NCBI GenBank assembly: GCA_963816145.1
Contig: CAWFJP010000014.1
Span: 384,001-448,000, forward strand
Reading direction: 5' to 3'
DNA: 64,000 nucleotides
DNA from: an uncultured delta proteobacterium
GTDB lineage: Bacteria > Desulfobacterota > Binatia > UBA9968
Shown piece after piece: positions 21,170-30,406 of this stretch (position 1 is its first letter; the number at the start of each line of letters is the position of its first letter). The translations under genes were made by a program, and so were the position numbers. The notes under the pieces were generated by a model. The model was given only the letters and a program-made list of their open reading frames with translations, was not told where the DNA came from and did no database searches.

Positions 21170-24100
21170 ATGGCGGGAGAAAAACTGGCGGATGTGGACT
21201 TGGGAGGCACCCAGAGCGGCTGGCCCGAATCGGCGCATGTCGCGTACTTTTGGAACACCGCAGAAGAATTCTCTGACGGCGTCACGTTTCTTGAAGTCGG
21301 CCTGCGTGGCGCAGATCACGGCGTAATCTTCGGCCACGACGATGCTAACCGTGAGGTTTGCCGGATCCTCGAAAGTCGCGGTTTGGATCTCACCCAGCTC
21401 GCTGCCGATGGTCGGCTAACGATTTTGCGCGGCCACCCCGATGTCGACCAGATGCTCGATGAGATCGGTCAAGCCTTCGAGCGCGCACTTGCGGGCGGTG
21501 CCAGCCTGGTTCGGCTGTTGGGCAATATCGGCTGGAGCCACGCTGATTGGCCCGATGAACAGGCTTTGCTCAGGTTCGAAGCACGAGTCACCGACGCAGC
21601 GAAACAGTTTCCCTGCGTGGTGGTCTGCATGTATGACGTCGCGGGTCTGCCGGGGACCATCGTCCATCATGGCGGGCTCGGCACCCATCCGCATGTACTT
21701 CGTAACGGTCATCCGCAGAACAACCCGCAATATCTTCCGCTGGATATTTTCTTGCGCCGAATTGAAACTCTGGCTGGCGCCATCGGCGAGCGCCGGCGCC
21801 ACGACGAGACGCTGCACCATATTACCGAAGGCACGGTGCAGTTCATCGGCGACGAATTTTTTCGCCAGTTGGCGCGCCATTTGGCTGACGCACTGCATGT
21901 CCGTTATTGTTTCGTCGCCGAATGCACCGACGACTCGCAAACGCGGCTGCGCGCGCTGGCGTTCTGGGACGGTCAAGGGTTCGCGCAAAACGTCGAGTAT
22001 CCGATACGCGGCACTCCCTGCGAAAAAGTCATCGAGGGCAACATCTGTTCCTATCCGGATCGGATTCAACAACTCTTTCCGGAGGACCAAGATCTGGTCA
22101 CCCTCGGCGCCGAAAGCTACGCCGGCGTGCCGTTGCCGAACTCACAGGGAAAGGTGCTTGGCCACTTGGTGGTGATGGACAACCGGCCGCGCCACTTCGA
22201 CGAAAATGAGCTGCGCGTATTGCGTATCTTCGCCAACCGCGCCGGCATCGAACTCGAAAGGTTGCGCGCCGATCGCAAGGTCAGCCAGCTCAATGGCGAA
22301 CTGACCGCGCTGCTCGAAATCAACCGCGCCATCGGCCGCCAACTGGAGCGCGAGCATTTATTTGGCGCGCTGTCCGATTGCTTGAAAAGCGTCGTGCCGA
22401 CCGAACGATTCGGCATCGAAATTCCGCTCGACGGTAACCGCCTCGAAGGGCATATTCTTTCCAATGGCGCGTCGATCGGCGCGCCCACCGAGCCGACGAT
22501 TTTGCCGGCTGCCGGAACCGCGTGTGATTGGGTGCTGCAAACGCATCAATGGTTTATCGCCGGCAGTCGCGACGAGTTTCGCGACCGCTTTCCGGTCACC
22601 TACAGGGTCATGAGCGAGCAAGGCATGGAATCGCTGTGCGCCGTCGCCTTGGTCAGCGGCGGGCGCAACCGTGGCGCGCTGTTTTTCATGGCGTCTGTCA
22701 AGGATGCCTATCGCGATTTGCGCCGTAACTTCATCGAACAGGTCGCCAATCAAATCGCCCTCGCCATCGAAAACGTCAACTCCTACGAAGAAATCGCGGC
22801 ACTCAATCAAAAGATCGCGGCGACCGCAGCGCGCCGGCAAACTCTGCTCGAAGTCAACAATGCGATTGTCACCAAGCTGACCAGGGAGGAGCTTTTGGCG
22901 GTGGCCTGCGACGCTCTTAGCAAGGTGATCTGGTTCGACCGGCTGGCGCTTTCCCTCTACGATCCCGCCATCGAATCTCTGCGGATTGTCGCTTGCGCCG
23001 GTCCTTATCAGCGGCAGGACTATTCGCCGATCGGACGTCAGCTGAAGCTTGACGATAGTCCGGCGGGGCAAGCGTTTCAGAGCCAGCGGCCGATACTGTG
23101 CGGCGATCTTGAAACCGAGCGCCGGACCGCCTCCGAGGAGCGCGCTTACGGCCACGGCTTCCGCTCCATCTGTGTCCTGCCCTTGGTTGTTCATGGCAGA
23201 TCTCTCGGGGCGATCACCGTCGGCAGCCTGACCCGTTGCCAATATTCCGCAGCCGACGCCGAGTTTCTCATGGAGGTGGCTAATCAGATCGCCATCGCGG
23301 TTGAGAATATGCAGCTGCACGAAGAGACCGCCGCTTTGAAAGCACGCTTCGAAGCCGAGACGGTTTACTTGCAGGAAGAGATCAAGACCGAACACAATTT
23401 CGAAGAGATCATCGGCCAGAGCGAAAAGGTGCGCGAGCTGCTGCGCAAGGTCGAACAGGTCGCGCCCACCGACGCTTCGGTTTTGATCTGCGGCGAGACC
23501 GGCACCGGCAAGGAGTTGTTGGCGCGCGCGGTGCACGATCGCAGCAAGCGCAAAGATCGCGCCTTGGTGAAGGTGAACTGCGGCTCGATTCCGTCCGGCT
23601 TGGTCGAAAGCGAGCTGTTCGGCCACGAAAAGGGCGCCTTTACCGGTGCCATGCAGCAACGCATCGGCCGCTTCGAGCTCGCCCACGGCGGCACGATCTT
23701 TCTCGACGAAGTCACCGAGCTGCCGCTCGATACTCAAGTGAAACTCTTGAGAGTGTTGCAAGAAGGGGAGTTCGAGCGGGTCGGCAGCAGCAAGACGATG
23801 AAAGTCGACGTGCGCGTGATCGCCGCGACGAACCGCGATCTGAACCAGGTAGTCAGCAAGGGCAGTTTCCGCGCCGACTTGTATTATCGTCTTAATGTTT
23901 TTCCGCTCGAATCGCCGGCGCTGCGCGATCGCAAGGACGACCTTCCCTTGTTGGTGAGTTTTTTCTTGAGCCGTTTCGGCAAGAAACTCGGCAAAGAGGT
24001 GCGCGGCGTGGCGCAAAAATCGATGGAGAGTCTAGTTCGCTACAACTGGCCAGGCAACATTCGCGAACTGCAAAACGTCGTCGAACGCGCGGTGGTGCTG

Positions 24101-24337
24101 GCCCGCGGCCCGGTGGTGCAAGTGGACGAATCGATGCTGCGCAGCGACTCGGCCGCGGCGGCGGAAGTTTCGGCCATCGATACGTTGGAAAATAACGAGC
24201 GCAATCATATCCTGCACGCTCTGGCTGAAACTAATTGGGTGATCCATGGCAAAAAAGGCGCGGCAGAGCTGCTTGGCATCAATCCCAGCACGTTGCGCTC
24301 GCGCATGGATAAACTTGGCATCAAGCGGCAGGCGTGA
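21170..24337 (+). CDS. Sigma-54 enhancer-binding protein, MEDS + 3 GAF + AAA+ + HTH (FhlA-like)
   Basis: MEDS-like VRLLGNIGW...VCMYD...THPH; [36 protein letters not shown]-terminal HTH. Confidence 0.93.
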   Translation: MAGEKLADVDLGGTQSGWPESAHVAYFWNTAEEFSDGVTFLEVGLRGADHGVIFGHDDANREVCRILESRGLDLTQLAADGRLTILRGHPDVDQMLDEIGQAFERALAGGASLVRLLGNIGWSHADWPDEQALLRFEARVTDAAKQFPCVVVCMYDVAGLPGTIVHHGGLGTHPHVLRNGHPQNNPQYLPLDIFLRRIETLAGAIGERRRHDETLHHITEGTVQFIGDEFFRQLARHLADALHVRYCFVAECTDDSQTRLRALAFWDGQGFAQNVEYPIRGTPCEKVIEGNICSYPDRIQQLFPEDQDLVTLGAESYAGVPLPNSQGKVLGHLVVMDNRPRHFDENELRVLRIFANRAGIELERLRADRKVSQLNGELTALLEINRAIGRQLEREHLFGALSDCLKSVVPTERFGIEIPLDGNRLEGHILSNGASIGAPTEPTILPAAGTACDWVLQTHQWFIAGSRDEFRDRFPVTYRVMSEQGMESLCAVALVSGGRNRGALFFMASVKDAYRDLRRNFIEQVANQIALAIENVNSYEEIAALNQKIAATAARRQTLLEVNNAIVTKLTREELLAVACDALSKVIWFDRLALSLYDPAIESLRIVACAGPYQRQDYSPIGRQLKLDDSPAGQAFQSQRPILCGDLETERRTASEERAYGHGFRSICVLPLVVHGRSLGAITVGSLTRCQYSAADAEFLMEVANQIAIAVENMQLHEETAALKARFEAETVYLQEEIKTEHNFEEIIGQSEKVRELLRKVEQVAPTDASVLICGETGTGKELLARAVHDRSKRKDRALVKVNCGSIPSGLVESELFGHEKGAFTGAMQQRIGRFELAHGGTIFLDEVTELPLDTQVKLLRVLQEGEFERVGSSKTMKVDVRVIAATNRDLNQVVSKGSFRADLYYRLNVFPLESPALRDRKDDLPLLVSFFLSRFGKKLGKEVRGVAQKSMESLVRYNWPGNIRELQNVVERAVVLARGPVVQVDESMLRSDSAAAAEVSAIDTLENNERNHILHALAETNWVIHGKKGAAELLGINPSTLRSRMDKLGIKRQA

Positions 24338-24348
24338 AATGCGTCTCT

Positions 24349-24456
24349 GTTCCAATTGTTCAAAGGTTCAAGTTCCAACGCTTCGGATCCTGGCACTTCG
24401 TGCCAACTCGTCTATGGAACGTTTTGAACGACTGGAACGATTGGAAGCTTTGGAAC
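24349..24456. repeat. Palindromic GTTCCA/TGGAAC 9-mer-type array
   Basis: gttccaattgttcaaaggttcaagttccaa ... tggaacgttttgaacgactggaacgattggaagctttggaac. Confidence 0.8.
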
Positions 24457-25042
24457 TTCCTAACGATAGTGATGCCCAGCTTGGCGACCAGACCGATAGC
24501 CCAACAGAAGCAGCCAGCACCGCGCCGTACTGAACCGGGCGGCGGATATCGGCTTTGACCAACCAATAGAAGTGCACCACGCCTAACATTGCGATCCCAT
24601 AGACGAGATAGTGGAGTTGTTGCCAGCGTTTGCCGAGGCGCCGGATCATCGCCGCGTTCGAAGTCAGCGCCAGCGGGATCATCAACACCAGCGCGCTGAA
24701 GCCGACCGTGATATAGGGCCGCTTCAAGATATCTTTGCCGATGGCGGAGAAATCGAAAAACAGATCGAGCACCATGTAGGTGGCGAAGTGGAGGGCGGCA
24801 TAGAAAAAAGCGAACAAGCCGAGCATGCGGCGTAATTTTATCAGCTCGTTCCAGCCAGTGAGCTTCCGTAGCGGCGTGACCGCCAAGCTTGAGAGTAAAA
24901 TTAGCAATGCATAGGAGCCGGTGAAGCGGGTGATGTACTCGATCGGGTTGGCGGTCAGATTGTCGCTGTAATAATTAAAGACAAGCTGGCCTAATGGAAT
25001 AAGACAGATCAGAAAGGCGGCGGATTTGACCAGGCGAAACAT
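24368..25042 (-). CDS. msrQ: Methionine-sulfoxide reductase heme-binding subunit MsrQ (3' end probably frameshifted, true stop ~24460)
   Basis: ANPIEYITRFTG, LAVTPLR, RRMLGLFAFFYAALH, KRPYITVG, WQQLHYLVY. Confidence 0.93.
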   Translation of the reverse strand: MFRLVKSAAFLICLIPLGQLVFNYYSDNLTANPIEYITRFTGSYALLILLSSLAVTPLRKLTGWNELIKLRRMLGLFAFFYAALHFATYMVLDLFFDFSAIGKDILKRPYITVGFSALVLMIPLALTSNAAMIRRLGKRWQQLHYLVYGIAMLGVVHFYWLVKADIRRPVQYGAVLAASVGLSVWSPSWASLSLGSSKASNRSSRSKRSIDELARSARIRSVGT

Positions 25043-25048
25043 CGGAGT

Positions 25049-25158
25049 AATGGATAATTGATAATGGAGAATGGAAAATTAGAAGAGTTGCTGCCTCAGT
25101 CGAGTACGGTTTCGATCCCTTCCGGACATTATCAATTCTCAATTATCCATTCTCCATT
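25049..25158. repeat. Palindromic 7-mer array (AATGGAT family), copy 2, between msrP and msrQ
   Basis: aatggat-aattgat-aatggag-aatggaa-aatt ... attatc-aattctc-aattatcc-attctcc-att. Confidence 0.85.
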
Positions 25159-25161
25159 GTT

Positions 25162-26124
25162 TCAGTAATATTTTTTCAGGTCCATGCCGCTGTACAAGCT
25201 TGCGACTTGGTCGCCATAGCCGTTGAACATCAGGGTTTTGCGCCGGCGGAATTCGCCGATGCGCCGTTCAGTGGCCTGGGTCCAGCGCGGGTGATCGACT
25301 TCGGGATTGACATTGGAGTAGAAGCCGTACTCTTGCGGCTGCATCATGTTCCACGACGCGGCTGGCTGCTTTTCGACGAAGCGGACTTTGACGATCGACT
25401 TGATGCTCTTGAAGCCATATTTCCAGGGTACGACGATGCGGATCGGCGCGCCGTTCTGGGCCGGCAGGACCTCACCGTAAAGACCGACCGAGAGAATCGT
25501 CAGAGGATGCATCGCCTCGTCCATGCGCAATCCTTCGACATAGGGCCATTCCAAGGTCGCAAGTTTTTGACCAGGCAGCCGTTTGGGATCGTTGAGGGTG
25601 ACGAACTGGATGAACTTGGCGTTGCCGGTGGGCTCGGCCTGCTTGATCAGCGAACTGAGCGGAAAGCCTATCCACGGAATCACCATCGACCAGGCTTCGA
25701 CGCAACGCAGGCGGTAGATTCGTTCTTCCAGCGGCGCTAATTTAGTCAGTTCTTCGATGTCATAGGTTTTGACTTTCTTGACTTCGCCCTCGACTGCGAC
25801 TGTCCATGGACGAGTGGTGAGATACTTGGCGTTGGCTGCCGGATCTTCTTTGTCCGGGCCAAGTTCATAGAAATTATTGTAGTTGGTGATTTCTTTCAGC
25901 GTGTTCAGTTTTTCGTTGGTGCTGAACGAACTCTTCTTGACGTTGGCAAGTTTCTCGGCGCCGTACGCCGAGGCGAAATCCTTGCCGGGCTCGATGCCGC
26001 TGAGAATCGCGCCAGCGCCTAGCGCCATGGCGGACGCCGAAAGCATGAACTGCCGGCGGTTCAGGTAGTGCTCTTTGGGGGTGATCTCCGCCGACTTGAT
26101 GTCGGCAGGCTTTTTAATAAGCAT
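25162..26124 (-). CDS. msrP: Protein-methionine-sulfoxide reductase catalytic subunit MsrP
   Basis: Tat motif NRRQF; [51 protein letters not shown]. Confidence 0.96.
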   Translation of the reverse strand: MLIKKPADIKSAEITPKEHYLNRRQFMLSASAMALGAGAILSGIEPGKDFASAYGAEKLANVKKSSFSTNEKLNTLKEITNYNNFYELGPDKEDPAANAKYLTTRPWTVAVEGEVKKVKTYDIEELTKLAPLEERIYRLRCVEAWSMVIPWIGFPLSSLIKQAEPTGNAKFIQFVTLNDPKRLPGQKLATLEWPYVEGLRMDEAMHPLTILSVGLYGEVLPAQNGAPIRIVVPWKYGFKSIKSIVKVRFVEKQPAASWNMMQPQEYGFYSNVNPEVDHPRWTQATERRIGEFRRRKTLMFNGYGDQVASLYSGMDLKKYY

Positions 26125-26155
26125 GGATTCTTCTCCTCGGTATTCGCGTGCGCCG

Positions 26156-26677
26156 CTATTCAGCGATCAGTTGTTTGATCGTCGCTTCGGTTACGCTGTA
26201 GGCGCCTTCGCCAATATGGCTGTAACGAATTACGCCCTTTTTGTCGACCAGCACGATGGTTGGCCAAGCCCAGACGCCGTAGCGGTGCCAAATGTCAAAG
26301 TTGTTGTCTTGCACCACTGGGAACTTGATACCGAGACGCGCGGTCGCTTCCTTCACTTTGGCCAAGGGTTTTTCCCAGGGAAATTCCGGCGAATGGACGC
26401 CGACGATGGTCAACCCGGCTTGTTCAAACTTATCATGCCAACCCCGCAACTGCGAGATGATGTTTCTACAGTTGATTCAGCCATAGGTCCAAAACTCGAC
26501 CAAAATCACCCGGCCTTTGAGGCCTGTGATGTTGAGAGGTTTGCTGTTGATCCAGTTTTCGCCGGCGAGCTCGGGCGCAGGTGTACCGTTGGTGAGCGCC
26601 GTGCCGGCGCGCGGCCAAGCCGCCCAAAGCGCCAAGGCGAGAACGAGAGCCGTTGAAAAAGCTGCCAGACGTACCAT
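26156..26677 (-). CDS. Exported thioredoxin-like redoxin (TlpA/DipZ-like), selenoprotein with UxxC (TGA at 26477-26479)
   Basis: Two ORFs are in frame across one TGA: [20 protein letters not shown]...VGVHSPEF...[11 protein letters not shown]...HIGEG. Confidence 0.85.
26424..26459 (-). promoter_or_regulatory. Putative bacterial SECIS hairpin
   Basis: Minus strand ATCTCGC-AGTT-GCGGGGT; apical loop 25 nt after the UGA, with GU in the loop. Confidence 0.55.
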
Positions 26678-26743
26678 GATTTTGCCAGTTCTCTTTGCCC
26701 CGCCTGGCCGGATGAATCGCCGTGCCAAGCTATCGTTGTACGA

Positions 26744-26772
26744 TTAGATGACACCCAGCCAGTCCGGGTTGC
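26744..26772 (-). promoter_or_regulatory. Putative ECF promoter GCAAC-N17-CATCTAA (redoxin-msrPQ operon)
   Basis: Shared motif. Confidence 0.65.
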
Positions 26773-26894
26773 AAGATTTTCTTGATTGCTTTTAGAACGT
26801 TAACTTACCTGGCAAAGTTCCCCGGCGGCGGAATCGCAGTGGTCTAAAATGCGCGGCCGGAGCCCCTGTGGGCCCCGGCGCGCTTGGCGGGCGG

Positions 26895-27107
26895 TTAGTG
26901 GATGAGTTGCGAGGGGGACGAGAGATTTTCTAATTCTTCAGTTAAGTCGGTCGGATGGGCGCTCTTCTTGATCATTTCCATTAGCGCCAACTGCGCCAGT
27001 TTGTAGGCATCCTTGTCGTTGTCGGTACATGCGAACGCAACTTCGCTGGCGGCGGCGATCAAATCTCCCAGGGTGGTGTCGATTCTTCGGCTGTTGGATT
27101 TTTCCAT
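26895..27107 (-). CDS. Small hypothetical protein, 70 aa
   Basis: MEKSNSRRIDTTLGDLIAAASEVAF...; AAAGGA RBS-like sequence; near-match ECF promoter at 27139-27166. Confidence 0.6.
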   Translation of the reverse strand: MEKSNSRRIDTTLGDLIAAASEVAFACTDNDKDAYKLAQLALMEMIKKSAHPTDLTEELENLSSPSQLIH

Positions 27108-27238
27108 ATTCTCGCGGGTCCTTTCTTCCCTTGCTTGTTTAGACGATGGCGGGGAAAAAAGGATGTAGTGTGAAATTGTGGCCAGCGGCCATAATGGCCG
27201 TGACTCCAGCAGCATTGATCCTTGTGAGGTGAAAGCCA

Positions 27239-27320
27239 GTCATGCCGGTGGAAACCGGCATCCATTTGAATCTCCAGTTCTCGGCACAATCGCCTGGATT
27301 CCGGCCTACGCCGGAATGAC
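27239..27320. repeat. REP-like GTCAT(G/T)CCGG doublet
   Basis: gtcatgccggtggaaaccggcatcc ... ggattccggcctacgccggaatgac. Confidence 0.8.
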
Positions 27321-27420
27321 GGATCGGAGGATGCGCCTATCAGACAAACTCATGACCCGCCGGTTTGGCGCCGCCGGTTGTTAAGTTCGGTTGAATCGAC
27401 AATCACTTAGTCATGGCAAA

Positions 27421-28182
27421 TTAATCATCTCCTGGTTGTTCAATCTCAGCCTCTTCAGCCTTCCTGGCCGGGGGAGCCTTTTGGGCATTTTGATTTTCGC
27501 TCTGACTCAGGTAGCCGACGCTGGCGAGGCGATTCAATATTAGATTGCGCCGGGCGGCCAGACCGCGTTCTTTAGAATTGCGCGGGCTGGGCAGCAGGGC
27601 GGCCAATGTCGCCGCTTCCACCAGGTCGACGTCAGCGGCGGACTTGCCGAAGTAGCGCTGCGCCGCCGCTTCGACGCCGTAGATGTTGCGGCCCAACTCG
27701 ACGACGTTCAAGTAAATCTCAAAGATGCGTTGTTTGGACAGGGCATTTTCCAGCTGGTGGGCAATGACGATTTCCTTCAATTTACGCAGTGGGTTTTTCG
27801 ACGGGTTGAGATAAAGGTTCTTGGCGAGCTGCATGGTGAGGGTGCTGCCGCCGCGGCTGAAGCTCAGAGTCTCGAGGTCTTTTTTGAGCGCGGCTTTAAG
27901 CTCGGTCATGTCGACGCCCTTATGGCTGAAGAATGCCGCGTCCTCGCTGACCAGGATGGCCTTTTTGATATGCTCCGACACGGCGCCGTAGGACACCCAG
28001 GTTTGCCGGCGCGGACCGCGGATGTTGTGCTTTTTATATTCGCGCTCGCGCAATTCTATCAGCGCTGTAGTCGCGGGGTTCTTCTGCTTGAGCACTGCAA
28101 CATCGGGCAAGGAGAAGTAGAAATAATAGCCGGCGCTGACCAGCAAAGTCGCAAGCAGGGTGCTAAGCAGGAGTCTTTTCAT
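27421..28182 (-). CDS. mtgA: Monofunctional peptidoglycan transglycosylase
   Basis: SEDAAFFSHKGVD, RGGSTLTMQLAKNL, RKLKE, KQRIFEIYLNVVE. Confidence 0.92.
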   Translation of the reverse strand: MKRLLLSTLLATLLVSAGYYFYFSLPDVAVLKQKNPATTALIELREREYKKHNIRGPRRQTWVSYGAVSEHIKKAILVSEDAAFFSHKGVDMTELKAALKKDLETLSFSRGGSTLTMQLAKNLYLNPSKNPLRKLKEIVIAHQLENALSKQRIFEIYLNVVELGRNIYGVEAAAQRYFGKSAADVDLVEAATLAALLPSPRNSKERGLAARRNLILNRLASVGYLSQSENQNAQKAPPARKAEEAEIEQPGDD

Positions 28183-29227
28183 AATCGATAAATAGCTTGA
28201 CGGCTTTGCTGGTCAGCGCCGAAGTCGCGTAGTGATGCAGCTGGGTTGGGACGATCCAACGCCACTCGGGCTTGTCTTGGGGCACGGGTGTGTTCACCGG
28301 CCAGCGATATAGTAACACCGGCGCATGGATGCGCCGGTTGGTGATGCTATGGCGCAGCTCGCCCAAACACTGCGCCTCCAGGCCCGTGACTGAAAGCGGT
28401 CTTAGTTCTTTCTTGATGACTGCTTCAGGCTTTGCCGTCGGTTCAATTTCAGCACCCGGCAGTTCCCATAATTTAGCGAGCAAGCCATCGGCTTGACGGC
28501 GTCGCAGGAGGATTTTGCCCCGATAGTTGACGATGGCGAGCGGCCAGGTGACCTCGCGAAAAGTTACTTTCGCCCGTGGCGCTTTCGCGAGACGCTGGCC
28601 CGGTTGGCTTCGGCTCCGGCAATGGGCGGCCACCGGGCAGTTGTCGCAGTCGGGCTCGCTGGGCGTGCAAACCGTTGCGCCAAGTTCCATCAAGGCTTGG
28701 TTGAGATTTCCTGGTTGCGAGGTTTTCGCTAGTTTAGCGGCGTAGGTGTGAATCTCCTGGTTCGATTTTGTCACAACCAGTCGGCCAACCACGCGGCGCA
28801 CGTTGCCGTCGATGGCGGGATATTTTTCGCCGAAGGCGATGCTCAGCAGCGCGCCGGCGGTGTAGTCGCCGATGCCGGGGAGGGCGCGCAGTCGTGCATA
28901 GTCACGCGGCACGATGCCGTCATACTGCCGAACAATCTGGCGCGCGGCCTTGTGCAAATTCTCCGCGCGCCGGTAGTAGCCGAGCCCGGACCACGAGCGC
29001 AGAACTCTTGGCAATGGCGCGCGGGCGAGCGACTGCACGGTCGGAAACGCCGTCATGAAGCGGCCGTAGTAGGGCAGGACGGTTTTGACTTGAGTTTGTT
29101 GCAGCATGGTCTCCGAGATCCAGATGGCGTAGGGATCGCGCGAGCGGCGCCAGGGTAAATCGCGCCGGCTTTGCCGGTACCAGTTGAGCAGCCGGCGCCG
29201 CATGAGAGAAAGATTCGCTTCAATCAT
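28163..29227 (-). CDS. mutY: A/G-specific adenine glycosylase
   Basis: WISETMLQQTQV, WSGLGYYRRA, LPGIGDYTA, DGNVRRV, FeS CTPSEPDCDNCPVAAHC. Confidence 0.95.
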   Translation of the reverse strand: MIEANLSLMRRRLLNWYRQSRRDLPWRRSRDPYAIWISETMLQQTQVKTVLPYYGRFMTAFPTVQSLARAPLPRVLRSWSGLGYYRRAENLHKAARQIVRQYDGIVPRDYARLRALPGIGDYTAGALLSIAFGEKYPAIDGNVRRVVGRLVVTKSNQEIHTYAAKLAKTSQPGNLNQALMELGATVCTPSEPDCDNCPVAAHCRSRSQPGQRLAKAPRAKVTFREVTWPLAIVNYRGKILLRRRQADGLLAKLWELPGAEIEPTAKPEAVIKKELRPLSVTGLEAQCLGELRHSITNRRIHAPVLLYRWPVNTPVPQDKPEWRWIVPTQLHHYATSALTSKAVKLFIDYEKTPA

Positions 29228-29285
29228 GAATGCAGTGGGGCGGGTTTTCAGTTATGGTTAATGCAGGTTTCCTGTTAAGAAGAAT

Positions 29286-29371
29286 TCACCGCCGAGACAC
29301 GGAGCGCGCAGAGTTCGAAGAATTTCTTAATCAAAAATTCTTTACTCCGCGTTCTCCGCGTCCCGGCGGTG
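29286..29371. repeat. CGCAGAG-type 9-mer inverted-array element (TCACC...GGTG termini)
   Basis: tcaccgccgagacacggagcgcgcagag ... ctccgcgttctccgcgtcccggcggtg. Confidence 0.75.
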
Positions 29372-29466
29372 CAAATTCCGAAATCTGTTTCACGGGAACT
29401 CCAGAAGCGCTTCAATTATGAGGCACTTTAAATGAAATCTACTTTGAAGGGAACTCGCTGCGCGCC

Positions 29467-30333
29467 GTGCTGCCAATCTTATTCGGACTGTTGACCTCGG
29501 TTTGCTTTGCGGTGGCGAGTCTTTTGGCGCAGCGCGGCTACCATCTAGGGCCGGCGCCCTGGGGCGCGTGGATCACCATCGTTGCCAACGCCGCGTTCCT
29601 CTTGGCCGGCCATCTCCTTCTCGAAGGCGAGACCCGTCTGTTCGTCGTCGACAATCTCATATTTATCGCTGTTGGTTTGTTCGTTCCTGGCGTCACGCGG
29701 GTTTTGAGTTTTCGTGGCATCCGTACCATGGGCAGCTCGATAACGTCGACCATCGTCAATACCACGCCGATGTTTTCGACGGTATTGGCGATTCTCATCC
29801 TCGGCGAGCGCCCGAGCGCGTTGGTACTTGGCGGCGTGCTTCTCACCGTCGGCGGGCTGATTACGGTGTCCTGGGGCGGCGAGAAAACCTCGTATTCAAA
29901 GGTCGAGCTGGTATTTCCGTTTCTCTGCGCGTTGTTGTTCTCGATGAAAGATATTTCGGTGCGCTGGGGGTTGGGCGCCGGCGGGGCGCAGCCGATTCTC
30001 GCCGCCGCGATTGCGGCGCTGACTTCGACCGTCGAGATTTTTTTGATTACCCGCTACCTCCAGGGTCAGAAGTTCGCATTACCGCCTTTGCCGGTGCTGC
30101 GCTGGTTTGTCTGGTCGGGGATTTTTACCGGCGGCTCATTCTTGTTCATGTACGTCGCATTCAGCATGGAGCGCGTCTCGATTGTTGCGCCGCTAGTGAA
30201 CAGCTATACGGTCTTCGTCGCCGTCTTGACGCCGTTCATGGCGCGCCAGATCGAAAGCTTAACGCCGCGCAAATTGGCTGGTGCCGCATTGGTAGTTGCG
30301 GGGATTTTTGCCGTGTCGCTCGGCAGGAATTGA
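29467..30333 (+). CDS. EamA/DMT family transporter
   Basis: Ten TM segments in two repeats; ILILGERP motif. Confidence 0.85.
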   Translation: MLPILFGLLTSVCFAVASLLAQRGYHLGPAPWGAWITIVANAAFLLAGHLLLEGETRLFVVDNLIFIAVGLFVPGVTRVLSFRGIRTMGSSITSTIVNTTPMFSTVLAILILGERPSALVLGGVLLTVGGLITVSWGGEKTSYSKVELVFPFLCALLFSMKDISVRWGLGAGGAQPILAAAIAALTSTVEIFLITRYLQGQKFALPPLPVLRWFVWSGIFTGGSFLFMYVAFSMERVSIVAPLVNSYTVFVAVLTPFMARQIESLTPRKLAGAALVVAGIFAVSLGRN

Positions 30334-30405
30334 GAATGGATAATTGATAATGGAGAATTGTCGATCGAGTTTTGTGATCCGCTAACCTCGATCATCCATT
30401 TTCGA
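30328..30405. repeat. 7-mer AATGGAT family array, copy 3 (degenerate right arm)
   Basis: aattgag-aatggat-aattgat-aatggag-aattg ... atcatccattttcgatt. Confidence 0.7.
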
Positions 30406-30406
30406 T

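Noticed and set aside
22358-24016. 552-aa antisense ORF (and similar long shadow ORFs such as 5467-6720 and 19869-20795)
   Set aside because: They lie opposite well-supported genes, carry no motifs, and are expected in GC-rich DNA.
26712-26728. TTGGCACGGCGATTCAT as a sigma-54 promoter for redoxin-msrPQ
   Set aside because: The -12 GC is missing, and the ECF-type motif at 26744-26772 fits better.
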